Shown here piece by piece: positions 25,916-38,804 of a stretch of 64,000 bases of DNA. A model generated the notes under the pieces. It was not told the DNA's origin, did no database searches, and saw nothing but the letters and a program-made list of their open reading frames with translations. Both the position numbers and the translations under genes were made by a program. Each line of letters begins with the position of its first letter. The stretch's first letter is position 1. The DNA comes from Octopus bimaculoides (taxonomy: Eukaryota), in NCBI RefSeq assembly GCF_001194135.2, contig NC_068990.1, positions 19,000,367 through 19,064,366 of the forward strand, in the 5' to 3' direction.

Positions 25916-26888
25916 TACATATATATGTGTGTGTGTGTGTGTGTGTTTTGAGCGCAAATCTTGTCGACTAGATTTTGTTTCTATACTGCCGGTGCTGTTA
26001 AGATACAAAACATTCACGACTGAGCTCATTATAAATGATGTTACCTCTTCTGTAAGAAATGAATATTTTGTAAGTTAATACCTTACAAATATGTTTTTAT
26101 AATAAACTGAGTGGGAAGAATTCGATTAAGAGCGATTAACTATGATATTTCTATAAGGAAGGGAGATAACGTCATTAGTATCACTTAACAGAACATTTTG
26201 AAAAATTGAAATCATTTCGGTAGATTGATGTGCTGGAATTCCAACGAGTGAAAACGTTGTCATATTTCTGTTTTGTTAGATCTAATCGAAAATTATTTTC
26301 ATATTATTACACTATTTGCATTTAAATTATTTATAATTATAATTATGATTCAACATTCAGTACTTGTTATTTTATAATCAATTTACTTTTTTCTTAATTT
26401 CTGTTTATAATTCTCTCATAATTATATGTTATCTAATTTTTCACTTCAATATCTGGGTCGTGATCGTGTACTGTTGCATTCCCTAACCCTATTGACGTAA
26501 TGGAGAACAGACAGATTGTAATAATTCTTAATTATATGTAGCTGTTAATGCCGAGAGAAAATTTATTGAGTTTGCTATTCAAAATCAAATTGCTAAAGGG
26601 AAATGTAATACTGGAGCACCGACGTATTTGCTAGATCTGCTAGAAACAGCAGTGAAACATAACCAGCTCATTATTCCCTGTCTGAAAGGATATATATCTA
26701 TGCCTTGTATACAAAATATAATAAGGAAAACAAGTACTTCTTTTTGAAATGCTTTTAATCAGAGATCTGCACGATTATTGGCGATATTCAGAATTTTAAA
26801 TACATTCTAGCAACGGATTTCCAAAGACAGACGATGCCGAACGAGTGGTTTGTGTGAATGGCTGAGGTTTGTTAGGTTGAATATAATA

Positions 26889-27030
26889 GATGCCTGTGGC
26901 TTTGTAGTTAGGGTGTTGGACTCATAATCATAAGATTGTGGTTTCGATTCCTTGACGGGGTAATGCGATGTGTTTTTGAGCAAAAACTTCATTGCACTTG
27001 CTCCAATTCACTCAGCTAGCAAAAATAAGT
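26889..27030 (+). mobile_element. CORE-type tRNA-derived SINE 5' part
   Basis: A-box-like GTGGCTTTGTAGTTAGG, B-box GGTTTCGATTCC, CORE-like TGTGTTTTTGAGCAAAAACTTCATTGCACTTGCTCCAATTCACTCAGCTAGCAAAAATAAGTA. Confidence 0.7.
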
Positions 27031-27289
27031 ATTGGTGTGGCGGACAACGGTTCTGACAAGGGAGGGGAGGAGGAGAGTATACACGCCAAAGAATCCGAAG
27101 GAAACCGGCTCTATGAGTCCACATGACTCAGGAAGAAGCTTTATGTATTTGTACCTTTCATTCACCTTGGAAAATTAGTTTGCAGCTAATGAATTCCAAG
27201 GAAAAATCATCCCCGACAACTCTCTATAAAGTTTTCGTCTATCCCTTTTTACTTACAAGATACGTAATAATATAATGTTATGAATTTCA

Positions 27290-27820
27290 TATATCCAAAA
27301 TTTGGTACGAACATAAACCCGGAGGCATCATCGAAAATAATAATGCATAGATCCTATAGTATTTTATGATTCAGTGCAACCATGAGATAAAGTATAGGAA
27401 ACCAGACATAGTATTAATTGAGAATGAAAGCAAACGATGCTGGATCATAGATATAGCATGCCCAGCTGACAGCATGGTATGCGATAAGGATGAAAGAAAA
27501 GTCGATAGGTATAACAGGTTAACTTGGGAGGTTAAGCAGTGGTGGTCACTGAGAAAAGTGGTAGTTTTACCAATAACTGTCGGAGCCTTGGGAACAGTGA
27601 GTAAAAATCTTGAGTAGTACATGGAACAAATATGAGCTGCAACAAGGGTGGAGCACTTGCAGAAAACATCACTGCTTGGAACCGCTCGGATACTCTGGAC
27701 GGGGCTCGAAAAATAAGGGGTGTTATCTTAGTTCACTGGTCGTGAACGGCTGACACCGTAGTACATCTTCAGCGTTAGAAGTTGCGCAAAGACGATATGA
27801 TAATAATAATGATGATGATG
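27290..27820 (+). mobile_element. R4/Dong-clade LINE 3' end encoding a restriction-like (PD-D/ExK) endonuclease
   Basis: WYEHKPGGIIENNNA*IL*YFMIQCNHEIKYRKPDIVLIENESKRCWIIDIACPAD...KVDRYNRL...LPITVGALGTVSKNL...LQKTSLLGTARIL; (TAA)/(TGA) tail at 27798-27820. Confidence 0.92.
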
Positions 27821-28610
27821 CGTTGCATGTCTCAATTTACTGCGTCTTGGCTTTTGTTATATAATTAGATAACATTGGATATATTTTATTGATGGACAAC
27901 AATGCAAGTAAATAGTTCACCAAACGAAATTTCTTAATAAACTATCAAAGTACTTTAGAAAGTTGATTATTATATTCTATTCTCGTGGGAAATTATGGAA
28001 TCTTTTGTTTTGAACTAATGGAATCTTTCAATCTGTTTACAAAATTAATAAAATTAAGTCTCTCTTCACATAGAAATTAGTAAACAAACGAATTAAAATA
28101 ATGAAGTCGTATTTCATTATAGTATTTTGAAAATATTTTATCAAACAAGAAAGGAAGTATACAATTTTGATTTGTTTCTATATGGATTAAAGAAGAATGC
28201 CGTACGTGTAGAAGTTCGAGTTGAAGTAACCCTTAATTTTCTATTGATAATAACACTATTGACATTTGACCCTTTGTTTTCAATTGCAATTCATTCTCCT
28301 TGGTAATGATCGGTGGAAAATTATTTCATTCAACATTCCACTGTCTTTCCTACTGGTCTCTTTCTCATAGCATACAATTGCGATTCCTTCTATGTTTAAT
28401 TAAAATATCAATGCAAATAATACTTGTAGTACTGTCAGGAGCCGAGTATGTATCTGATATTTAATTTTGTGATTACAAGGAGTCTGAAAAGATGTTAGAC
28501 CTCTACGAATTGGTTAATCAATTTTCTTTCAAGGGGTACTTCTTTACTCATCTAAATAAACACTTGATTAAGGAAGGTCCCCGCGAACTTTTTGCTATAG
28601 CAACGGGACA

Positions 28611-28745
28611 GGCATGGCGGTGTGGCAAGAAGTGTTTTTCTCAACCAGACTGTTCCAGAATCAGTCACACTGCGTAGCACATCGGGCAAATGCATTCTAC
28701 TAAGGTTGTGAGTGGATTTGGTAGACGGGAAGTGAAAGAAGCCAG

Positions 28746-28778
<33 letters not shown>
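28611..28778 (+). mobile_element. SINE type B 5' part running into (TA)n
   Basis: GGCATGGCGGTGTGGCAAGAAG...CACTGCGTAGCACATCGGGCAAATGCATTCTACTA..TTGTGAGTGGATTTGGTAGACGGGAAGTGAAAGAAGCC then (AT)n. Confidence 0.75.
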
Positions 28779-28781
<3 letters not shown>

Positions 28782-29622
28782 AATATATTAGTTAAGCTTT
28801 TTTCACTAAATTTTATTCATCGAAAACTATAACAACATTTAACAAAAACATCTTTAAATGATTATTCCGGAGCATATTCACCATCTACTTTAATTTCTGC
28901 TTGGCGCTTTGTTTAATTTTTTTTTAAATAAAATTTNNNNNNNNNNNNNNNNNNNNNNNNNNNNNNNNNNNNNNNNNNNNNNNNNNNNNNNNNNNNNNNN
29001 NNNNNNNNNNNNNNNNNNNNNNNNNNNNNNNNNNNNNNNNNNNNNNNNNNNNNNNNNNNNNNNNNNNNNNNNNNNNNNNNNNNNNNNNNNNNNNNNNNNN
29101 NNNNNNNNNNNNNNNNNNNNNNNNNNNNNNNNNNNNNNNNNNNNNNNNNNNNNNNNNNNNNNNNNNNNNNNNNNNNNNNNNNNNNNNNNNNNNNNNNNNN
29201 NNNNNNNNNNNNNNNNNNNNNNNNNNNNNNNNNNNNNNNNNNNNNNNNNNNNNNNNNNNNNNNNNNNNNNNNNNNNNNNNNNNNNNNNNNNNNNNNNNNN
29301 NNNNNNNNNNNNNNNNNNNNNNNNNNNNNNNNNNNNNNNNNNNNNNNNNNNNNNNNNNNNNNNNNNNNNNNNNNNNNNNNNNNNNNNNNNNNNATATATA
29401 TATATATAAGGTGTCCACAAGGTTTAGGTATATAGAGTAAATAAAATCATAACATAAACAATAATTTCTTAAACTATGTGTTAATCCCCATATACCAAGA
29501 CTTTGTGGTCAGCCTGTGTATAGATATATATATATATATATATATATATCCATACAAGAATAATTTGTTATATGTATATACATCCACATATGAATAATTT
29601 ATAATAAATACATAAATATGAA

Positions 29623-29676
29623 TATCTAGCTGTCTATCTAGCTGTCTATCTAGCTGTCTATCTAGCTGTCTATCTG
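29623..29676. repeat. 12-bp tandem repeat (TATCTAGCTGTC) x4.5
   Basis: Seen directly; derived from a TATC microsatellite. Confidence 0.9.
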
Positions 29677-30454
29677 TTTATCTATCTACGTATCTATCTA
29701 TTCATCAGTTTATCTATAGAGATAGATAGATATAAATACAGACATTAGCTATTCTAGTACATAATATATATATTGGTCTGTTAGCATCGTTAAATATCTT
29801 TAATGCATTTTATTGATATACATTAAGTGATGTTTTCAAAAATGCAATATGAAAGTCGGGCGTATTTAGAGTATTTTCTTCTATATTTTTGTGCGCTTTT
29901 CCAATATAAATCTCTTATATTCTTCTCAAAGCGTTTAATAATATCCCAGGAGAAGCATATTAGTCTGTAAGCAATTAAAATGCATTGTTTCTTTACAATG
30001 AATTTTTTTACTCCAACGATTTCAATCGATTTCCTCTCATATTGTGATTGCAACTAATTTTGTGTAAAAATCATATTTGTAAATCTATCCTTTTGTTTCA
30101 GTATCTTTTCAATGCATCACTGAAATTAATTTAATGAGAGTTATAACAATGTTTAATGAGTGCACTAACCGGTGCAACATCAACTCGTGTTGTTAACATA
30201 TATCTAAACCAAAAGAATTATACTCAAAAGTAATTGATGGGCAACAATTGACTGGACAAAATGAAAATAAAAGAGGAAATGATGTGAGAGAGAAGTCTTT
30301 TTCTTAATAGTTTACGTGCCAAGCTGCCTTAAGAACATGAGTCTGACAATCTATCTGTCTGTCTGCTTCTCTGCCTGACTATCTATCTATATTTATATTT
30401 ATATATGTCTCCATATGCAAATGTGCATACATACGTGTACACATACATACATGT

Positions 30455-30635
30455 GGAGGCGCAATGGCCCAGTGTTTAGGGCAGCTGACTTGCGGTCGTA
30501 AGATCATGGTTTCGATTCCCAGATTGGCCGTTGTGTGTGTTTATTGAGCGAAAACACCTGAAGGCTCCGGCAAGGGGTAGCGGTGACCCCTGTTGTACTC
30601 TTTCACCCCTACTTTCTCTCACTCTTTCTTCCTGA
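30455..30635 (+). mobile_element. SINE type A, 3'-truncated
   Basis: GGAGGCGCAATGGCCCAGTGTTTAGGGCAG...GGTTTCGATTCCCAGA...GAGCGAAAACACCTGAAG...; homologous to 31231-31420. Confidence 0.88.
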
Positions 30636-30734
30636 ATCACGAATCCGGGAAACCGGGCCCATGAAGAGGGCACATAAGTAAATAAAAAAATGTTTATATG
30701 TATACTTATGATATATGTATATTTATATCAATAT

Positions 30735-30793
<59 letters not shown>

Positions 30794-31230
30794 CGTGTGT
30801 GTATATGTATAATATATACAGTAGAGGTTTTGAGAGGAAATGGTGTGAATAAGACACCATCACCATTACTGATATANNNNNNNNNNNNNNNNNNNNNNNN
30901 NNNNNNNNNNNNNNNNNNNNNNNNNNNNNNNNNNNNNNNNNNNNNNNNNNNNNNNNNNNNNNNNNNNNNNNNNNNNNNNNNNNNNNNNNNNNNNNNNNNN
31001 NNNNNNNNNNNNNNNNNNNNNNNNNNNNNNNNNNNNNNNNNNNNNNNNNNNNNNNNNNNNNNNNNNNNNNNGGGCAACAAACACACAGACATTTACACAC
31101 ATTCATATATATACATATATGCGACGGACTTCTTTCATCACAAGGTTGATCAAATTTCCGTCGACTAAATCCACTCAAAAAGCTAATCATATGCAAATGT
31201 GTATACATACGTGTACACATACATACATGT

Positions 31231-31615
31231 GGAGGCGCAATAGCCCAATGGTTAGGGCAGCGGACTCGCGGTCATAGGATCGCGGTTTCGATTCCCAGAC
31301 CGGGCGTTGTGAATTTTTATAGACCGAAAACACCTAAAGCTCCACGAGGCTCCGGCAGGGATGGTGACGAACGCTGCTGTACTATTTCACTACAACTTTC
31401 TCTCACTCAAGCTTCCGGTTTCTGTTGTGCCTGTAATTCAAAGGTTCAGCCTTGTCACACTGTGTCACGCTGAATATCCCCGAGAACTATGTTAAGGGTA
31501 CACGTGTCTGTGGAGTGCTCAGCCACTTGCACGTTAATTTCACGAGCAGGCTGTTCCGTTGATCGGATCAATTGGAACCCTCGACGTCGTAAGCGACAGA
31601 ATGCCAACAACAACA
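31231..31615 (+). mobile_element. SINE type A, full length, tRNA-derived
   Basis: A-box TAGCCCAATGGTTAGG (31241-56), B-box GGTTTCGATTCC (31284-95), about 380-bp body, (CAA)n tail; ACATACATACAT on both sides (possible TSD within a microsatellite). Confidence 0.92.
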
Positions 31616-32269
31616 TACATACATACAGACACACACACACACTGACACACACACATACACACATACACACACACACACAAACACACACAAACACATATAT
31701 CTACAAATATGTTACGTACAACGTAGAAGAGTTTTTGCAGCTAATTGTCTTAACAATCTGAGCAAGTATTTTCCCTATAGTTCCCGTTGACCTCCCCACC
31801 GCACCCATACGCACACTGTCCTGAAAGTTTTATATGTTGTCCTTTATATGAAACTTAGAAAATATTCAAAATTATTAAAGTAGCCATTGACACTATAGAA
31901 TCGCATTGTTTACTTCTATTCAAATAATTTGTTGTTTATGCTCTACATATATTCTTTTCTTTCTGAGTTTAACTATAACCTTTATGTTATTTTGCATCGC
32001 TACATCCATTTCCCTTGCTATAACAACTCATATTTAATTCACCAATATAAACACCGTGGTTTCATGATCTGCTTTTACATTATAATCAAAATGCATCCTA
32101 TTTCTGAGCTGTCCTAATACTTCAGAATAAAATGTTTTGGAATATATGTTCATTAGTGAACCGTGCCTAGGTATAAAACGAAATGGCCACATACCGTAAT
32201 GATCTTGATCTGAAGTCTATTTGATCACGGCTGACTTCATATAAAACAACAAAAAAATTTCAGAATCCT

Positions 32270-32400
32270 GAAATACTTATATCTTCTATAGGCCTGACAT
32301 TTTGGAAAATTACAGCGACCTCATCGGTTACCTAGTACTTAATTTATCGACCCCAAAATGGTAAAAGCAGAGTCTACTTCGACGGTATTTGAAGTCAAGC
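32270..32400 (-). mobile_element. SINE type C fragment
   Basis: TAGTACTTAATTTATCGACCCCAAAATGGTAAAAGCAGAGTCTACTTCGACGGTATTTGAA. Confidence 0.65.
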
Positions 32401-34739
32401 TTCCTTAAATAATGTCGATATATTTTTTGAGTTATCGTACACATCTTTGGTAATTGCCAAAGTAATTATATTAACTTTAATATGCAGATCATTGTATTGT
32501 TACGCATGGGATTAAAAATATAACATTATGTCAGAACTTTTGCATTAATGATATGCAACAATTTTATTTTCTTAAAACGGCAATGACATGAGCATTCAAT
32601 AAGTCTAAATTAATGTCTGTCGTTGCATAATATTATTTGATTTGTTTTAAACCTTACCATGATTCATAATGGATTGTATAAATTATGTTCACTGAACAAT
32701 CATCAATCACATTTATTCTCACTCTCTGATCATTTAATTATGTGTTCGGAACATATTTAGATGTAATCTTTTCAGCTGATGTTATTTGAAGACCGTATAT
32801 CACCAGTTTTATAGCACACTTATTCGATATGTATGATGCCCATTACAAATATTTTCATTATTTTTTTCTTGAAAAAATAATGTATTTGTACGTCTGATAG
32901 AGGAAAAAATGTTGATGGCATTAGCTATTTACTGATAAACCTTTACAATTTAGTTCAAATTGGACAAATCTTATTTAGTTCTAAACGTTATGTACATAAC
33001 TCCCAAAGACGGCCATAGCTGCACTGTCATTATTGGGAGGCTTCCTGAAAGAACAACCATAAAACGTTTCTCTTTCAGTGAAATTAGAAATGTTTCTGTT
33101 TTAATCGTATGCTTGTATTTTTTCGGATTGAATTTATATTCTTTAAGATTAAACATAAATATGTAGAAATATGAAAGATATTCAATTAGCAATCGGTATA
33201 AGATTCGTTGCCATAAACATAATACTTCATAGCATTTGGTCGGCGGTATCTATCTATCTTTTTAAATTATGAACCTATATTATAAGATTCTATTTTTTTA
33301 ATACTGATCAAGTCTGAAAGAAGTCGATACATAATGCTCGAGTTCTGATTGTACTTCCGTAATAATATCAACGTGGGAACCATTTACCATTATCAGTTCG
33401 ATCTGCTATAAAAAAGACAGCCAAAAACGTCCCCAAATTCTGAAAAAGAAAATGATTCGGTCTCAACTTAGTTAAACAACAAACTATGACTACTTAATTT
33501 TGAATGAGCTGAAGAGATCGATTTTTCAATGTATTAACTCGGAAAACAACAACAACAAACAATTTTTTAAAATTGATACGCACATCGAATATTTTTTCCC
33601 GTGTTAGTAATTTTCATTTCTTTTACCCTTGTTGAAAAGGAAGTAGAATTGATAAAAATGGTGCAAAGCTGTGTGAGAACAAATCCAAACTTCTGACAAC
33701 AGATAATCCACGAAATATAAATACTGCTACAAATATAGATTGCCTACTTCTAAACATCCGTATAAATAATTTTCTCACGGGTGGTGCATGTTTGTATGTT
33801 CTTCAGGTGTTTCGTTGTCAGTGATAAGAGTTGCTTAATTTTCAGTATATTTGGTGCGTCGGATAAAATGTCAGAGGAATTTAGCTACTGCCTCATACTT
33901 TCTGGGTTCATCTTACAGTTCTTTCATTTTAGTCAAATAACAGCAACGATTTGACATCCATGTGACAGCTCTTCACGTAAATGGGTATATAGACTTAAAT
34001 AGTTAGATTACATCCGAAAGAGAGGTTCATTCTTATATAGTTCCTATTTTTGTTTCATGAATATCTCGTTTGCCTATCGTTATAGAATATCTTTTAAGTA
34101 AATGCATCTTTGTAAATATTAGATTCTAAATCGTACTTCCATAAGAAAATATTTATTTCTAAAATGTTATGTAATTATAAGAAGTAGAAACGTGAGCTTA
34201 TGATAAGTATGGTGTTAATTAGGTTATAGAACCACAATTATTTACAAAATCCCCAGAGTATTGCTGCATTGAAATATACAATGATAAATATTTGAGTTTT
34301 TTACAGCAGTGTTTTCGTCACGATCGCTAATTGAATTTATTCAAGAAGCCGTTATCTTATAAATGAATACAAATCTGCAATTCTTAGAAGTTTTAAGCAT
34401 ATTTATTTTGCATAACAATCATGTGTCAACATACGCAGAGACAAACATACACACGCACACATTTACGCACGCTATTGCATGTTCACACATATAACCACGT
34501 ACTAATACGGTTAAAATCGGAGAAAATAATTGCTCAATACGTAACGTGGTGTATATGTATATAATGAGAATTTAAAATCTCTTTTATCGTAAGTCTGTGT
34601 TCCACGGTTTCTATTGTTCAGGCAATTGATCAAAAACGGCACATGTTCAGGAATGAATTATAGGAAACCAATCAAGATGTCTTTGTGTGAAAAACATTAT
34701 AAATAATTTCGCTGAGGCCAAATAATTTGATGGCAATTG

Positions 34740-34850
34740 GAATGGTCGTGAGGTTATAAGTTTACATCACAGCCACACTTACATGATTCCATGTTGCATC
34801 TTCTGCGTAGCACATTACGCAAGAGGCTTCTATTATAATCCCGGCTTCAT
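34740..34850 (+). mobile_element. SINE type B head, very degenerate
   Basis: CACATGATTCC..GTTGCATC..CTGCGTAGCACATTACGCAAGAGGCTTCTATTATA resembles 28660-28705. Confidence 0.4.
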
Positions 34851-35131
34851 TAACGCTGTTTGAATAACATATCTGGGGAGGAAACTGTAAAATTCTATCA
34901 GAAGGATCATTCCTGTTTCTGAGTAATAGACATATCGTTCAAGGACCCTTACTGCCTATTGGTTCTCAGTGCCGTTATCGGAAACCATTTTCTTTCTATG
35001 GTTGGAACCATCTAAGTGGTTGGCCATGTTTTATCATCCTGTTCGTATCATAGGCTGAAACCACGAAGAAGATAATGCGTGCAATTATCTACATGTTACT
35101 AAATGAAGCAGCTTCACTCACGATGACAATT

Positions 35132-35381
35132 TACAATTATATACGAAATATTTTGAAATATAGAACCATGTTCTATTCTATCACATAAAACAGATCTGTG
35201 ATAGATGATGTAATCCCGGCAACCGATCAATGCTAATTCCTCAGTAAATTATGAATTTTCACAATTTACTAAGGAATTACCATTTATCGGTTGCCCGGAT
35301 TACATCATCTATCACAGATCTGTTTTATGTGATAGAATAGAACATGGTTCTATATTTCAAAATATTTCGTATATAATTGTA
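35132..35381. repeat. 250-bp palindrome: 119-bp arms, 12-nt loop, 4 mismatches
   Basis: 35132-35250 is the reverse complement of 35263-35381. Mismatches C35217/C35296, C35228/T35285, C35233/C35280, C35242/A35271; loop ATGAATTTTCAC. Confidence 0.97.
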
Positions 35382-35726
35382 ATTGTGAAAATATTTCGTA
35401 TATAATTATGAATTGTGAAAATTCATAATTTAGGTAAAAATCATCAAAAACCTGCAATAACAGACTATGAGATTCCGAAGGGCAGGGAATCAGAGTGGAA
35501 ATACTAGAGTCGCTAAACTTCTGTAGAGGGGAAACTTGTATTTCGTCTAACTAATAGAAAAAAGTTCTTTACATGTTAATTGCCATGAAGCGACTATGCA
35601 ATGCAAATGAAAACAACCATAAGATTATTGTATTGAAGCTTTTCTGATATCTATAGTTTATAGGAAATCACTCATACTCACTCTCCCTCGCGCACACAAC
35701 ACATATACACACATATAAATACATAC

Positions 35727-35761
<35 letters not shown>

Positions 35762-36031
35762 AACATATACATACATTCATACANNNNNNNNNNNNNNNNN
35801 NNNNNNNNNNNNNNNNNNNNNNNNNNNNNNNNNNNNNNNNNNNNNNNNNNNNNNNNNNNNNNNNNNNNNNNNNNNNNNNNNNNNNNNNNNNNNNNNNNNN
35901 NNNNNNNNNNNNNNNNNNNNNNNNNNNNNNNNNNNNNNNNNNNNNNNNNNNNNNNNNNNNNNNNNNNNNNNNNNNNNNNNATAATAGGTAAATAAATGGG
36001 GTTGAACGCAGATCTTATTCAAATTCTTTTA

Positions 36032-36114
36032 CTTTCAACATGTTTCGAAGACAACATTGGTTTTATTCCAAAGGAATAGACGGTGAAAATAATGTAATCT
36101 TCTCATCAGGAAAG
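36032..36114 (-). ncRNA. type-I hammerhead ribozyme in left pLTR, intact core
   Basis: Minus strand: CUUUC (stem I), CUGAUGA, GAAGAUUACAUU..loop..AAUGUUGUCUUC (stem II), GAAAC-AU-GU-U, cleavage, GAAAG (stem I partner). Predicted cut between 36037 and 36036. Confidence 0.8.
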
Positions 36115-36365
36115 AAAAAGAAACAATCTCAACAACAAGTTATTATAACAATTTTGATGACTGCATAAATGATAAACAGAACGCTATTAAGTATTTTAAA
36201 AATAACCGTTTGTAGATCTGACGTCAAAGGTAGACCATAAGAAGAGAAGGGGTAAAAAAATAATAAGTAGAGAACAAGGAGGAATAAAGGAGAAATATAG
36301 AGTGATATGTTGGTTGAAAAAAGTTCCAAGACTTGGAAGATTTCTCTATTGAAGTAGAGTGCAAG

Positions 36366-36695
36366 CCCATTTTTTCACTCTAGAGGTAATTCACTGTTCG
36401 TTAGAGATAGTACCACTTACAAGTTCACTGGGGATGGCAAAACTAATTGGTTTGTTATTCTGTATGGAAGGCAAATTAAATCTAATCTTCCTTTGCAGTT
36501 ACGTGAAGCGGTTAGTAAGAATTTTCCCAAATTTTTTTACATATTATTCAGTTATTTATTCTCATATAGTTAGAGTTGCCTTCTCCAACACAAAGAATCT
36601 TTCACCAATTATAACTTCTCATAATACCAGTCTGCTAAATAAAAGTTCATTTACTCAGAGTTCCAACATTAATTTAGTTAATACCAGCCCTTCCC

Positions 36696-36747
<52 letters not shown>

Positions 36748-37190
36748 CAACATAGTTTTGGTCTTTGAGGGCAACCCCAACAGAATTAAATTTATGTCTA
36801 ATAATTCTAAGATTAAGAATTCTATATACCAATGTAAAATTACTTCCCGTACCGATGCCTATTTCTATATTGGCGCTTCCTCTTCCCAGTTATCTAAGAG
36901 AATTTCCAATCATAATTCATTATTCTTCATTTAGGGATAATAGTAAACGCAATTGCACAGGGCTTAGTAAACTGGTTTGGTTTCTTAAAGACAACAATAA
37001 AGATTTTAATTTATATTGGTTCATCCTGCCCATCTCTTTCCCTTATGACACGGGCAAAGGATTCTGTAACATTTGCAATTCTGAACTCTTCCATATTCTC
37101 TTCTCTAAGAATCACCTTGATAACACGCTTATAGAGCGATCTAACAAATGTAAGCATTGGCAGAAACATACCTTTAGCTCATATAAGTGA
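36366..37190 (+). pseudogene. PLE ORF C-terminus with GIY-YIG endonuclease, frameshift near 36915
   Basis: NSIYQCKIT...YFYIGASSSQLSKRISNH, shift, then SSFRDNSKRNCTGLSKLVWFLK...YWFIL...YDTGKGFCNICNSE...LDN...CKHWQKH*. In-frame (AAT)n poly-Asn at 36698-36751. Confidence 0.9.
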
Positions 37191-37464
37191 TTTATTCCAG
37201 TCTGTATAGTTTCAAGATTTAGTTCACCTTGCATTCTACTTCAATAGAGAAATCTACTTCCAAGCCTTTGAACATTTTTTCAACCAACATATCACTCTAT
37301 ATTTCTCCTTGTTCATTACTTATTATTTCTTTCCCCCTTCTCTTCCTATGGTCTACCTTTGACGTCCGATCTACTAAGGGTTATTTTAAAAATACTTAAT
37401 AGCGTTCTCTTTATGCAGTCATCAAAATTGTTATAATGACTTGTTGTTGAGATTGGTTCTCTTT

Positions 37465-37550
37465 CTTTCCTGGTGAGAAAATTCAATTAAGTTACACCGT
37501 TTATTTCTTTGGAATAAAACCAATGTTGTCTTCGAAACATATGTCGAAGG
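37465..37550 (+). ncRNA. type-I hammerhead ribozyme in right pLTR, core mutated (CUGGUGA)
   Basis: CUUUC, CUGGUGA (37470-76), ...UCUUC, GAAAC-AUAU-GUC, GAAGG. Canonical GUC triplet, but A6>G and a degraded stem II. Confidence 0.65.
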
Positions 37551-38335
37551 TAAACGGATTTGAATAACATCTGCGTTCAACTCCATTTATTTACTTAAAC
37601 TATACAAATTACCGCATATTAACCCGGAGTTATATATATATATATATATATATGACATTGAAACTGTAGACCAGATTCTACCATACAACTTCGCTTCCCT
37701 TCTTGTTGTGTTCATGAAAATTTGTGCGCTTCTATATGTAATGTATTCTTTCATTTGAACCATATGATTTTAACGTAGTATTGTAATAATGAGGAGATCT
37801 GTTAAAAGATATCACCTTAGAGATTTTACGGCAAATGTGTTTCCTGGTGTATGGAAGAATGAATAATTATACACATGCAAGGAATGTTAAAATGAATAAA
37901 TGAAAGACAGGGGAAAGGAAGGCTGGATAGCAAATATATGTGAATAACTGTTAGCGCTGCTGGAAATAATGTTAAATGCTTTGTCATGAGTGATCCTCTT
38001 GATAATTTCCTCTGTTGCCCTACGAGTGAAAAATCGTTTTATGTACACGTATCCAGGCATTATCTTCAATTTAGATTTGGTTTCTGTTTCCTATTAAAAT
38101 AGCCTTCGGCAATCTTGGTTTTAACTGCTGAGATTATCTGATCCGTATAACTCCAATCCCTGTATCCTTCTTACTTCTAGCGCATTTTGCTTGTATCATA
38201 AGTATTGGAAAACCCTGCACTTGGAGCAGTCAATAATCCACATACAGTTGCCGTTTAGTTTATCTGATGCAGCGGTCATACGCACACCTAGCCATGCATA
38301 CAGACAGGCATATCTACCTATCTATCTACCGATCT

Positions 38336-38370
<35 letters not shown>

Positions 38371-38762
38371 NNNNNNNNNNNNNNNNNNNNNNNNNNNNNN
38401 NNNNNNNNNNNNNNNNNNNNNNNNNNNNNNNNNNNNNNNNNNNNNNNNNNNNNNNNNNNNNNNNNNNNNNNNNNNNNNNNNNNNNNNNNNNNNNNNNNNN
38501 NNNNNNNNNNNNNNNNNNNNNNNNNNNNNNNNNNNNNNNNNNNNNNNNNNNNNNNNNNNNNNNNNNNNNNNNNNNNNNNNNNNNNNNNNNNNNNNNNNNN
38601 NNNNNNNNNNNNNNNNNNNNNNNNNNNNNNNNNNNNNNNNNNNNNNNNNNNNNNNNNNNNNNNNNNNNNNNNNNNNNNNNNATATATATAATGTGAATTC
38701 TATCCGAAACTGCTGAATATTCCAAAATTTGTAACCAATATGTTTGTATGTATGCGCGTATG

Positions 38763-38804
<42 letters not shown>

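Larger units (their letters stand above)
35988..37594 (+). mobile_element. Penelope-like element: 5'-truncated body flanked by inverted pseudo-LTRs
   Basis: 35988-36365 is a diverged inverted copy of 37228-37594. The body encodes PLE linker motifs (IVRVAFSNTKNLSPIITSHN) and a GIY-YIG endonuclease. The left end abuts a gap. Confidence 0.92.

Noticed and set aside
31231-31300. tRNA-like sequences here and at 30455 and 26889
   Set aside because: A/B boxes are present, but there is no complete cloverleaf or acceptor stem and they continue into SINE bodies.
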